A stretch of DNA of 64,000 nucleotides from Spirochaetia bacterium. GTDB taxonomy: Bacteria; Spirochaetota; Spirochaetia; SP-2023. The stretch is taken from NCBI GenBank assembly GCA_965263295.1, contig OZ253665.1:2016001-2080000 (forward strand), written 5' to 3'. The notes beneath the pieces were generated by a model. It was not told the origin of the DNA. It was given only the letters and a program-made list of their open reading frames with translations, and ran no database searches. The position numbers were made by a program, and so were the translations under genes. The first letter of the stretch is position 1. Every line of letters starts with the position of its first letter. This document shows, in pieces, positions 10,091 through 19,505 of the stretch.

Positions 10091-10119
10091 AGTATAACAA
10101 GTTTACAGGCAATATACAA
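10091..10119 (-). promoter_or_regulatory. sigma70-type promoter for hpf-ptsH-holA
   Basis: Minus strand TTGTAT, 17 nt, TG-extended TATACT. Confidence 0.5.
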
Positions 10120-10175
10120 TAATTTTTAGTGATGTATCACATTTAATAATGCATTGTACTGGTTTATTTTCGGTT

Positions 10176-11654
10176 TTATAAACGACCTTCACTCTGAAGC
10201 TCTGCACGATACTTGGCAACCGTCCTGCGGGCTATTTGAATTCCAAATTTTTCCAGGCGAAAAACTATTTCAGTGTCGCTCAGCTTTCGGCTAAACGACT
10301 GTTTTTCTTCTCCCCTCTTACCTTGCCTTCTGGACCCATTTCTCCTTTGCGGCAAGCTAAGTGGAAACTCCTGAAGCAGTTCCAGTATCCGTTCCTTTAT
10401 CTGCTCGCGAGACTGACCACTTGGTGCCCCTTGACTAAAGAAAAATCGCAACGGATATGTCCCCCAAGGAGTTTTACAATATTTACTTTGTATACAACGA
10501 GAAACAGTGGATACATGCAAATTGATATCTTCAGCCACATCCTGCAGCGTCATGCTTTGTAAATCCTTGACACCCAAGAGAACAAATGCCTGTTGTTGTT
10601 GAAATACGCTTTGAGCAATGTGTAACAAGGTTTCTTCCCTACGCTGTAACTGTTGTAACAAGATTTCTGCTTCCTGGCGTCTACGCCGTTGCTCGGCCTT
10701 TTCTTGCTGTGAAACACCTTTCATGGTACCAATTTGTAGTTTTGCCCCCAAATTATTCAGTAACTCAACTTCAATCATTCCGCTTTGGGCATTTTGACAA
10801 ACTTGTATTTCAGGATAAATATGAAAGTTCTGGGAATTGTTACTCAAGTGGTAACCACGTGCGGGATAGGGCTCAAGCTCCCTCAAGTCTCGCAATACAC
10901 TTTGGGCTTCGACTTGGTTTAATCCCTGTCGTTCAAGGTAGGCAAAAAAGTCCTCCAGGCTACCCAGGACTTCCAAACTTGGCAAGTTTTGTAATACACT
11001 CACGAGCTGCGAATTGGGAAAGCGAAGCTTAGCTTGCACGAGTAAGCTCTGTAGTGGAGAATCACAGGCACAACCGACAGGTTCCAGCTCTTGTATGCGC
11101 TGTAAAATTTTTGTCAGTTTATTCCTGCGCAATGCAGCTTTGCCTTTGGGCAACATGCTGGATGCAATGAATACTGGATTCTCATAGTTTAAACCGCGCT
11201 CATCCAAGTTCTGCAAAACCAGTTCACAAAATTCTTTCTCTTCTTCACTCAATTGCCATAAGTAAATCTGTTCGCGCAACACATTACGCAAATCAGGAGT
11301 ATCAGAATCCAATGAATAATTTTCCAGCATCTGCTGTCTGGCATCGCTGCGTTCAACCAGCTCATCTATGGAAAGAAAGCGGCCATTTTGCCACTGATTC
11401 TCAAGACGCCATTCACCTGGATAGCTCCGACGCCGCTTTTGCGCAACATTACCCTGCTCCCATTCCCTGGGCTCACCATCCTTCCACTGTAACTCCGGAT
11501 ATTTTTGACAGAGCGCTTCAATTTCGGCAAGCAATTCCGTAACTCCACTTTGCAAAAAATATAACGATTGTTGCTGAAACTGATTCAGCCGCATTTCCTG
11601 CGCCAAGCTTTGTTGCTGTTGTTGACTCTGGCCTGGTCCCGAACTTGCCGCCAT
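10176..11654 (-). CDS. rpoN: RNA polymerase sigma-54 factor
   Basis: Q-rich region I, HTH LHVSTVSR, RpoN box ARRTVAKYR. Confidence 0.96.
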   Translation of the reverse strand: MAASSGPGQSQQQQQSLAQEMRLNQFQQQSLYFLQSGVTELLAEIEALCQKYPELQWKDGEPREWEQGNVAQKRRRSYPGEWRLENQWQNGRFLSIDELVERSDARQQMLENYSLDSDTPDLRNVLREQIYLWQLSEEEKEFCELVLQNLDERGLNYENPVFIASSMLPKGKAALRRNKLTKILQRIQELEPVGCACDSPLQSLLVQAKLRFPNSQLVSVLQNLPSLEVLGSLEDFFAYLERQGLNQVEAQSVLRDLRELEPYPARGYHLSNNSQNFHIYPEIQVCQNAQSGMIEVELLNNLGAKLQIGTMKGVSQQEKAEQRRRRQEAEILLQQLQRREETLLHIAQSVFQQQQAFVLLGVKDLQSMTLQDVAEDINLHVSTVSRCIQSKYCKTPWGTYPLRFFFSQGAPSGQSREQIKERILELLQEFPLSLPQRRNGSRRQGKRGEEKQSFSRKLSDTEIVFRLEKFGIQIARRTVAKYRAELQSEGRL

Positions 11655-11761
11655 ATTCTCACCCCCACAATGTAAAACTCATTTTTCAGTAAATTGCAAA
11701 ACATAGAAGAACCATGTCAACAATATCTCAACAGATTAGCAATAGACAAAATAGACCAGGG

Positions 11762-12532
11762 TCACATCATCTGAGTCTCCATCAAATACAAACCAATCGC
11801 CAAGTGGGCAGCCATCTCGGTGCGTAAAGTCACAGGGCCTAAACTTTGTAGATGAAATTTATAATTTTCGAACAATTCCAGTTCTCGCGCTGTCCAACCT
11901 CGCTCAGGCCCTAAAGTAATTATATAGGGTTCTTTTTTATCTGAATGCCGAAATTTTCGAACTTGCCCATGTTCTTCTAGTGCAATGCAGTTTGCCAATT
12001 TAATACTTCTTTTTTGCCTTTGGTTTTCAGCCAAGTCCAAGAACTCCCGCAAATTCAAACCACTACGTTTAGAGTAATACAATTGTGGCAGCCGATTAAT
12101 ACGCCCCTGCTCTGCACCCAGAATTAAGTTTTGCTCCAGCTCTTCCCAAATGTGACTCTTACAATAATCTCCTTCACATAAGTCAGACTGAATTAAGGTA
12201 ATCTGTTCTATTCCTGCCGCTGCAAAATCCCGCAAAAGACGTTTTAAGACTGGCGGTCTCGGAAGACCAAGCCCAATATGCAATGGCTGCCAACAATTCG
12301 GCTCTTTTGCAGAATATTGCACGGACAGGATACCCAATATAGAACCATCATCTCTAAGCTGTAAAACTTCAAAATATCCTGATTGACAACTATGCAAAAT
12401 CCCAGCTTCAAAGCGATCCCCCACTCGGGCTTTCAATATACGACGTAAATGCCGGGTTCTGTAATCGTCTGCAGGCAAGATACAACGAAGTGTGTCATCA
12501 AACTCAGTAGTGCGGAACAGAAGCCGATTCAT
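11762..12532 (-). CDS. rsmE: 16S rRNA m3U1498 methyltransferase RsmE
   Basis: HLRRIL, GAEQG, LGPERGW, SLGPVTLRTEMA SPOUT motifs. Confidence 0.9.
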   Translation of the reverse strand: MNRLLFRTTEFDDTLRCILPADDYRTRHLRRILKARVGDRFEAGILHSCQSGYFEVLQLRDDGSILGILSVQYSAKEPNCWQPLHIGLGLPRPPVLKRLLRDFAAAGIEQITLIQSDLCEGDYCKSHIWEELEQNLILGAEQGRINRLPQLYYSKRSGLNLREFLDLAENQRQKRSIKLANCIALEEHGQVRKFRHSDKKEPYIITLGPERGWTARELELFENYKFHLQSLGPVTLRTEMAAHLAIGLYLMETQMM

Positions 12533-12546
12533 CTTATTCTTTAAAA

Positions 12547-12562
12547 TGTTCCACGTGAAACA
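12547..12562. promoter_or_regulatory. parS chromosome partition site
   Basis: TGTTCCACGTGAAACA, exact match to the parS consensus TGTTNCACGTGAAACA; intergenic, 5.6 kb from dnaA. Confidence 0.88.
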
Positions 12563-12680
12563 ATCGGTGAAAAATCGCTAAAAATTGAGTTTCAGACTTT
12601 GTCTCAAAATGTTTGCTGATTGAGACTGATCTTTTATCCTCATGAAAATCCCCCATGGAACAAAAAAAATCAGTCTGCTG

Positions 12681-13805
12681 TTAGGCTCTTTTGTAGTTAT
12701 TTTTAGTAGCCAGCCTCAGCAGCCAACGAGGTAGAGGGCGCTGCCAACCTTTGACCTTCAAGCCAATACCCCATTTTTTGACGATGGGTATGTTATATGT
12801 TTCAACAAATTCAATTAAACTGCCGTCCGGCTCTTCCAAGTAGGCAAAGCGTCCATTGGCTATTTGGCCTATTGAAAAACTATCCTTTGTATCCACAGTA
12901 AACTCACAACCAAGTTCCTCGGCTAATTTTGTCATACAACTGACATCAAAGCATAAATGAATAAAGCCTGGGTCGCCCCAATAGCGATCCGCATACAAGT
13001 GCGGAGCCTTAGTCAAATGGAGTCCCTCACGCATGCTTTGTTGGAACTCTTTAAGCGGTGTTTGTAACACTTCAATTAATTCAATTTCACCTACTCCAAA
13101 AAATTGCCCATACAGTCCCGTTTCAGGTCTTTCTCGCTGTAGTACCACACGACGAAATCGACCAGAATTAGCCTTATTCAATACTGAGAAGCCCCTCCAG
13201 TCCGGCCAGTCTCCTTCATCTTTATTGTCAACATCCTGAATGACATGGCTATAACCAAGTATATTACGGTAGAATTTCAAGGAGGCATCCATATCCCGGA
13301 CCCCGACGACGACACCCAGAACTCCAGCACAAAATGACGGGCCATCATCGACAAAAAAGCTACGCCTGTCTTCAACTAACTGGAACCACGAACCAAATAC
13401 TGAAAAATAGCAACAGCGCTCGCCCGTTGGGCGTTCGGTGATATCCCCCAAGACTTGTAAACTGCTCTCTGAATCCTGCCGTAGACGTTTGACAATTGTC
13501 TCAATTCCCTTACAGCGTAATTTACAAATCAAAAATCCTGTGCTGCGCAAACTCATATCCGCAGGTTGAGGGAGTGGAACGCGGCTAAGATGTTGCCATA
13601 TTTCCAAACCAGCTCCTCCATGTGAATTCAGCACAAGGGCAAGATCTCTACGGCAGACTTCTCCACCGGTATAACGCAGCATAAACGGAGCATCACCCTG
13701 ATCGTTAAACACCACCGTACGGAATCCCAAGACCGTTGCAAACCAATCCAAGGCAGCTTCCTTGTCCATTACTCCCAGACCGACTTGTTGAATCGCATTA
13801 ATCAT
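12681..13805 (-). CDS. VOC (glyoxalase/bleomycin resistance) family protein with tandem domains
   Basis: IQQVGLGV, GLEIWQ, VGVRDMDASLKFYRNILG, HLCFDV, AYLEEPDGSLIEFVE. Confidence 0.85.
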   Translation of the reverse strand: MINAIQQVGLGVMDKEAALDWFATVLGFRTVVFNDQGDAPFMLRYTGGEVCRRDLALVLNSHGGAGLEIWQHLSRVPLPQPADMSLRSTGFLICKLRCKGIETIVKRLRQDSESSLQVLGDITERPTGERCCYFSVFGSWFQLVEDRRSFFVDDGPSFCAGVLGVVVGVRDMDASLKFYRNILGYSHVIQDVDNKDEGDWPDWRGFSVLNKANSGRFRRVVLQRERPETGLYGQFFGVGEIELIEVLQTPLKEFQQSMREGLHLTKAPHLYADRYWGDPGFIHLCFDVSCMTKLAEELGCEFTVDTKDSFSIGQIANGRFAYLEEPDGSLIEFVETYNIPIVKKWGIGLKVKGWQRPLPRWLLRLATKNNYKRA

Positions 13806-13967
13806 TCATACTCCTGTGTCATTATGTCTCATACAAGAACTATTTGGCATTTATAAGGATTGTAGCCATTTCAAAAATCCGTATTGCGATTAATACTCTG
13901 CTACATTCTAGATTCATTTTAAAGCAGCCTACCTGATCCCAAGTAACAGCAAGGGAAGCACTGCTTG

Positions 13968-13983
13968 TGTTCCACGTGGAACA
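13968..13983. promoter_or_regulatory. parS chromosome partition site
   Basis: Perfect palindrome TGTTCCACGTGGAACA, extending to a 22-bp palindrome at 13965-13986; intergenic between serC and the VOC gene. Confidence 0.88.
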
Positions 13984-14036
13984 CAAACAGCTAGATATCA
14001 AAGGAAATTCATCTATCATCAACCCAAAACTATTGT

Positions 14037-15119
14037 TTATGAATTCTTTGCCTGAAATTCTCCCATAAACTCTATCAGTGCATCTACACTAGCTGGGCTG
14101 ACAGCATTGTACAGTGATGCACGCATTCCCCCTACGGAACGATGTCCCTTCAAACCTTCCATTCCACGCTTTGAGGCTTGCTCCAGGAATGCTGTATCAA
14201 GACTGGCGTCACTCAATAGAAACGGCACATTCATCTCCGACCGAAACGAAAGGTCGACAGGATTGTTGTAAAAACCATTACTCAAATCAATGAATTTATA
14301 CAATTTTTCCGCCTTTGCTTTGTTTTGTTCCCGCATTGCGGACAAACCACCCAAGTCTTGCAGCCATTCCAGTTGCAACATGGCCATGTACACAGCGAAA
14401 CCCGGCGGCGTATTGTACAACGAGTTATTCTCGGCATGTAAGTGGTAACGCAGATAAGCTGGTAGTTTCTTATTGCACCACTCTAATAAGTCCTTGCAAA
14501 TGACGACAAGGCATAGACCAGCCGGGCCTAAGTTTTTCTGCGAACCGGCATATACAATGCCAAATTGCTCCCAATTCAAAGGACGAGACAAGATGTCGCT
14601 AGACATATCGGCAACGATAGGGCAGGGGACCTTTGGAAATTGCTTCCATTGCACACCGTGTATTGTCTCGTTAGAACAAACGTGCAAGTAAACAGCATCT
14701 TCTGGAACATTGAGGATCTCAGGTAACTTACAAAATTTATCAACCCGACCATCATAGGCCACATGCAGCTCATCGGCATATAACTTTAAATCAGCATGTG
14801 CTTTATTTGACCAGGCACCAGATATAACAATACTTGCCTTTTTGCGGTGACCGTGCAATAAATTCATTGGAACCATGCCAAATTGCAGTGTGGCGCCTCC
14901 ACCTAAAAGTAAGACTTGATGTGTCTCCGGAATCTGTAAAAAGCTATTTAACAAGCTAATACAGCGATCATGTACCTCGTAATAAGTTTTTCCACGATGA
15001 CTCAGTTCTAATAAAGATAGGCCATAGCCTTGATAATCTACCAGTTGTTCCTGTGCCCGTTGTAAAACCGGGCGAGGAATTGCGGCCGGACCTGCAGAAA
15101 AATTATGTTTCTTTTTCAC
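14037..15119 (-). CDS. serC: phosphoserine aminotransferase
   Basis: NFSAGPA, ELSHR, GGATLQF, ADMSSDILSRP, PLP lysine in AGSQKNLGPAG, GHRSVGGMRASLYNA. Confidence 0.97.
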   Translation of the reverse strand: MKKKHNFSAGPAAIPRPVLQRAQEQLVDYQGYGLSLLELSHRGKTYYEVHDRCISLLNSFLQIPETHQVLLLGGGATLQFGMVPMNLLHGHRKKASIVISGAWSNKAHADLKLYADELHVAYDGRVDKFCKLPEILNVPEDAVYLHVCSNETIHGVQWKQFPKVPCPIVADMSSDILSRPLNWEQFGIVYAGSQKNLGPAGLCLVVICKDLLEWCNKKLPAYLRYHLHAENNSLYNTPPGFAVYMAMLQLEWLQDLGGLSAMREQNKAKAEKLYKFIDLSNGFYNNPVDLSFRSEMNVPFLLSDASLDTAFLEQASKRGMEGLKGHRSVGGMRASLYNAVSPASVDALIEFMGEFQAKNS

Positions 15120-15221
15120 ACGTACCCCTTTGGCTGGTAGTCCCTAAAAAAAATCAAGCAAAAAGCTTTTTCTAAGGACTGTATCTATATATTTAAATTC
15201 ATATAAATTCTACGGTCTCCA

Positions 15222-16001
15222 TTATGTAGACAAACCAAACAAACGACATGCATTCTGATACAAGGCCAACTGAATTTCTTCAGCAGCCTCAAGTCGAACC
15301 TTGCAAACCTGCTCAACAGTATACTTCAGATTAGCAGGGTGATTCCGCTGCCCTCGCTTTTGCTCTGGAACCATAAATGGGCTTTCCGACTCTACGAGTA
15401 TGCGTTCCAATGGTATGACTTTCAATACATCATTTAATGCCTTAGCCGTCCGATACGTTATATTCCCTGAAAATGAAAAGTACAGATTATCATAATGTTC
15501 GCAGAACTTCTTTGCTGTAGCCAAATTGTCCGAATAACAATGCAGCACAGCTCCCTTGCTTGGAAAATGGTTACGGAGAATTTCAAAAATATCCTGACTA
15601 GCTTCGCGATTATGGATTACGACAGGTTTTTGACTCTGTTCTGCAATATCTAATTGCTCAATAAATAAGTTAATCTGGGCAGCCCGGCTACCATATTTCC
15701 TGTAGTAATCTAGTCCTGTCTCCCCCAGAGTCAGGACCTTAGTTTTTTTTAAACTATCAATCAGTTCCTGCTGCCAATGTTTTCCAAGTGCTGTAACCTC
15801 AGAAGGAGAAATACCGGCGCCAAAATACACATTGTCAGCCAGGCGCAAACCATTATAAAGGCTGTGAAAATCATCTAGATTATTTGTTATAGCTAAAATT
15901 GCAGATATACCCGCACGTTTAGCTTCTTGCGCAATCAAATATTGATCAACACTGTCTTTAACTATTAGCCCCATATGGCAGTGAGTATCAAACATTAACA
16001 T
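15222..16001 (-). CDS. tatD: TatD-family hydrolase/DNase
   Basis: DTHCH, GETGLDY, IHNREA, LHCYS, ESESPF. Confidence 0.93.
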   Translation of the reverse strand: MLMFDTHCHMGLIVKDSVDQYLIAQEAKRAGISAILAITNNLDDFHSLYNGLRLADNVYFGAGISPSEVTALGKHWQQELIDSLKKTKVLTLGETGLDYYRKYGSRAAQINLFIEQLDIAEQSQKPVVIHNREASQDIFEILRNHFPSKGAVLHCYSDNLATAKKFCEHYDNLYFSFSGNITYRTAKALNDVLKVIPLERILVESESPFMVPEQKRGQRNHPANLKYTVEQVCKVRLEAAEEIQLALYQNACRLFGLST

Positions 16002-16127
16002 AAAAAGAAACCTATTTAAATTTTAGATAGCTGCATCTTAGAAGAACGATACAAATTATTCAACATAAGTATCCTAAGTATATTGAATAAAAATAAAGAG
16101 AGTAAGCAAAGCTTTCAAATTCTATGA

Positions 16128-17642
16128 CTAACTAGCTTTCTCCTCAATTTGACTCAGCTTAGTGCGCAATTGTAAAAGACGTAAATTATCAGGATAAAAA
16201 TTTAACCCAGTCGTCAAAATACGCTCGGCATCACGGTAGGCCCCGGCATTTATCCTGGCTACCGATTGATTATAGATATTTATAACATGGGTATTTTCAA
16301 CACTAGATTCCATTTTATGGAAAAATACGGTATCGCGTAAAGTCTTCGGATAGTTGGCCAATATTTTAGCCGCCTTATCGAACTTTTTGTTGCGCAATAA
16401 TAAATTCAGTTCATTACCGTACAAAACTTGGTATACTTCCTTCATGCTGCCCCGGCTTAAAATATCGCCCTCAGCAAGGCCCTTGACTTCTATAAGCTTA
16501 GTTTCAAAACTCAAAGAAGATGAATTAACAATATTTTCTAATTGTTTCTTTTGAAGAATGCCAAGCAGTTTACGCTGATTTTGTTTATTTAACAGCTGCT
16601 TGGCATTAAAATTAGCAAGACGCTTTTCTGCACTAAGATATTCACCTTTCTCGACTAGGCTCAAAACCGAATTGTAAGCAATTACATTGCGTATTTCGCG
16701 AAGAATCTCGCGTTCACCATATGTCTGCAACACGACGTCTGTAAATTCTAACGATTGGTCCACTTGCCCAGACTGGCTTAAATTAAAACTGTACTGAGAA
16801 ACCATAGAGAAAAAATCTTGAATATCTTGCTCAGCCTGGGTAAGAGTAGCCAAATCTGCCGCCAATGGTATCATCTGTTCCAAGACGCGGTAATTCTGGT
16901 TGCTTTGGTTTAAAACATAAAGGCGATTCTGCAAAATCAAACTGACAAACTCGGCATCACTCAAAAGCTTACTTTCACGGTACTTATTCTTCGGAACATA
17001 GACTAGGCCCGTCGTGGATGTAAACGAATCCATAAACTCTTTATTATAACCGGGATCAAAACCATACTTTGATGTTGTTTCCACATAGATATTTCGCCCG
17101 TCTGGCCCGATTAAGTTGACAAATGCATGGTCGTATGTTCCCACCCCCATAGCTTCAAAACCAAGGGCCCTAGACAAAACCAGATATAGAGCTGCCGAAG
17201 AGACACAATTAAATATACCATTCTGGAATAAAACATCCAAACGGGTTTGTAAAGCCTCATACCGTGTCAGAAAACCAAACATATAACGCAAAATCTCTTC
17301 ACCTCTCTCATAATCAGTATCTAGCGGCTCCAACAATTTTTTCAGGTCATGAATATAAGTTTGAACTATAGCGCGATAACGAGGATGCTCCTCTCTTGAA
17401 ACACCCGAAGCATCAAGACTCAGCTCAAGTAACCGCTCCCAAGACCATATATCATCAGCTTCTTTTAAGAATCCTCCCTTTTTCACAGCCGCTAAGAATT
17501 CCTTCCTCGCTACTATCCGGGGAAACCTTCTGCCTGAAGTCGCTTCCTGAGCAGAAAGCCCAAACTCAAAAATCGACAAGACCCAGGTACATAATATAAG
17601 CCCCAAAACGAAATGACGACAAAAAACGGACATAAAAATCAA
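16128..17642 (-). CDS. exported transglutaminase-like/TPR hypothetical protein
   Basis: Signal peptide; FNCVSS...HAFV...VETT as a Cys-His-Glu papain-like triad candidate; helical repeats at the C-terminus. Confidence 0.65.
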   Translation of the reverse strand: MIFMSVFCRHFVLGLILCTWVLSIFEFGLSAQEATSGRRFPRIVARKEFLAAVKKGGFLKEADDIWSWERLLELSLDASGVSREEHPRYRAIVQTYIHDLKKLLEPLDTDYERGEEILRYMFGFLTRYEALQTRLDVLFQNGIFNCVSSAALYLVLSRALGFEAMGVGTYDHAFVNLIGPDGRNIYVETTSKYGFDPGYNKEFMDSFTSTTGLVYVPKNKYRESKLLSDAEFVSLILQNRLYVLNQSNQNYRVLEQMIPLAADLATLTQAEQDIQDFFSMVSQYSFNLSQSGQVDQSLEFTDVVLQTYGEREILREIRNVIAYNSVLSLVEKGEYLSAEKRLANFNAKQLLNKQNQRKLLGILQKKQLENIVNSSSLSFETKLIEVKGLAEGDILSRGSMKEVYQVLYGNELNLLLRNKKFDKAAKILANYPKTLRDTVFFHKMESSVENTHVINIYNQSVARINAGAYRDAERILTTGLNFYPDNLRLLQLRTKLSQIEEKAS

Positions 17643-18120
17643 ACCTCAACAGACGGGATAACACGGCTACTTAAAAACACGAAGTAACAGGCACGACAAA
17701 GAAAACATAATACTACAAAAAACCATGGGGAAAAGCGAGGATAAAAGAACAAAGCATAATTCTTCCTAAGGAATATAACTGTATTGTTTATATGTAAATA
17801 TAAAATTATCCCAGCTAAAAACAATGCCAACAAATACATCAATACTTATATAAAAATTTTGATGTATGAGAAGCGTAAGATCAAAAAGAAACAAGCTACT
17901 CGTAAGCTGTTACAAAGGTATAACAGACTCTTCACAAGAACTTTATTTGCTTTATATAAAAAAAGATATGATCCAAAAATCAATTAAATTTTTTAAATTA
18001 TTTCTCTTGTTTCAAGCCACTCATTTCGCTACATTTCTCCTTGAGGGACGGGGAACAATTTATAGTACACATCCGTGTACGACCGGTCTCCACTCGACTA
18101 CACGTAGAGCGGAGCATTTG
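17643..18120. other. probable oriC region (AT-rich divergent interval upstream of dnaA)
   Basis: Very AT-rich; gene direction and G/C skew flip here; parS sites nearby. No perfect TTATNCACA box seen, so the location is inferred. Confidence 0.5.
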
Positions 18121-19485
18121 ATGGAGAATACAGAATTTATTCAGTTGTATAACGAATTCAAAGCGGAACAAAGCGATGATTTTCATTTTCAACTATTGTC
18201 TGAAATGATTGATATTGGATATATTCAGGGAAACCGAATAACCCTGAAAGCGCAAAACGAGTTTAGCCGAGATAATTTTAAAGCACGCTATTTATTGTCT
18301 TTGCAAAAAAAGGTTTTACAGAAAACAAAAAATGCTCTGCTAGAAATCATATTGGAGCGGCAGGCAAAAAGCTCGGCAGATTCATCCATTGAAGCCGTGC
18401 AAACGCAAGCTTTATCATCTCGTATTCCCTACACTCAAGAATTTCAATTCGGTGGTAGCAGTCGCAGTGCCGACAATATCGACTATAAGCAAACATTTAT
18501 CAATTACGTTGAAGGTAATCACAACCGCTGGGCTATTGCTGTCGGCAAAGCATTGAGCAAAGAAAAAAATGAAAGTTATAATCCTTTCTTTGTCTGGGGA
18601 AATGTGGGCCTAGGTAAGACTCATTTACTTCATGCCATAGGAAATGCTTGCAAAGATCGCCACCAAAAAGTTCAATATACCAATACGGAAACGTTCTTTA
18701 ATAATTTCGTTCGGTCTATCAAAACAAATAAACAGGAATATTTTAAAAAAAAATATCGCAATGTAGACGTCCTCTTGTTTGACGATATTCATGACTTGAA
18801 GAAAAAAAATGCTGCGCAGGAAGAGCTTTTTTATATTTTTGAGCATTTTAGGCAAGAGGGAAAACAGCTGGTCTTTACTTGCGATCGGCCTCCACACGAG
18901 CTCAAGGAATTTACCGAGCGTCTGCTCAGTCGCTTGAAAAGCGGTACGAACGTCAGCATTGGGCAACCTTCTTACGAAGTCCGTTTAGCGATTTTAGAGG
19001 CTAAGTCCTCAGAGCTAGGTCTCGGCTTATCGCAAGAGCTATTACAGTTTCTTGCTGAAAATATCAGCGATTCCATTCGAGATTTACATGGATCATTAAA
19101 AAAAATACATACGCTTACCGGTTTACTTGGCCAACAAATTGACGTTGCCATGGCTAGTCGGGAATTGCAAGAATTCTTTGGCAGCCGGCAAAAGCCAGTC
19201 TTAGTGCGAAATATTCAAACTCATGTCGCTAATTACTATAATTTGGAACTTGCCGATATTTTGGGGAAACGGCGCAATGCCAATATCGCTTTAGCCAGGC
19301 AGGTGGCCATGTTTCTATCGCGAGAGCTAACTCCCTTGTCGACTACTGAGCTGGGTCAAGAATTTAACCGTGATCATGCCACTGTAATTACAGGCGTACG
19401 CAAGATTAAGAAAATACGAGAAAATGATCAGAAATTTGCCAGTGAATTGGATTGCTTGAAGCGAGAAATGCAGGCTGCTTACTGA
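18121..19485 (+). CDS. dnaA: chromosomal replication initiator DnaA
   Basis: ATG at 18121 with GGAG SD (ORF-track start 17866 is over-extended). YNPFFVWGNVGLGKTHLL, LLFDDI, RLLSRL, ARQVAMFL, RDHATV. Confidence 0.97.
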   Translation: MENTEFIQLYNEFKAEQSDDFHFQLLSEMIDIGYIQGNRITLKAQNEFSRDNFKARYLLSLQKKVLQKTKNALLEIILERQAKSSADSSIEAVQTQALSSRIPYTQEFQFGGSSRSADNIDYKQTFINYVEGNHNRWAIAVGKALSKEKNESYNPFFVWGNVGLGKTHLLHAIGNACKDRHQKVQYTNTETFFNNFVRSIKTNKQEYFKKKYRNVDVLLFDDIHDLKKKNAAQEELFYIFEHFRQEGKQLVFTCDRPPHELKEFTERLLSRLKSGTNVSIGQPSYEVRLAILEAKSSELGLGLSQELLQFLAENISDSIRDLHGSLKKIHTLTGLLGQQIDVAMASRELQEFFGSRQKPVLVRNIQTHVANYYNLELADILGKRRNANIALARQVAMFLSRELTPLSTTELGQEFNRDHATVITGVRKIKKIRENDQKFASELDCLKREMQAAY

Positions 19486-19505
19486 CCTGTGTCAAGGAGT
19501 TGTTT

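Noticed and set aside
17639..17842. 67-aa hydrophobic minus ORF upstream of dnaA
   Set aside because: Its composition follows from T-rich DNA; no SD or family; not rpmH. Not fully excluded.
17866..18120. 85-aa N-terminal extension of DnaA in the ORF track
   Set aside because: Not DnaA-like; the SD and domain I begin at ATG 18121.
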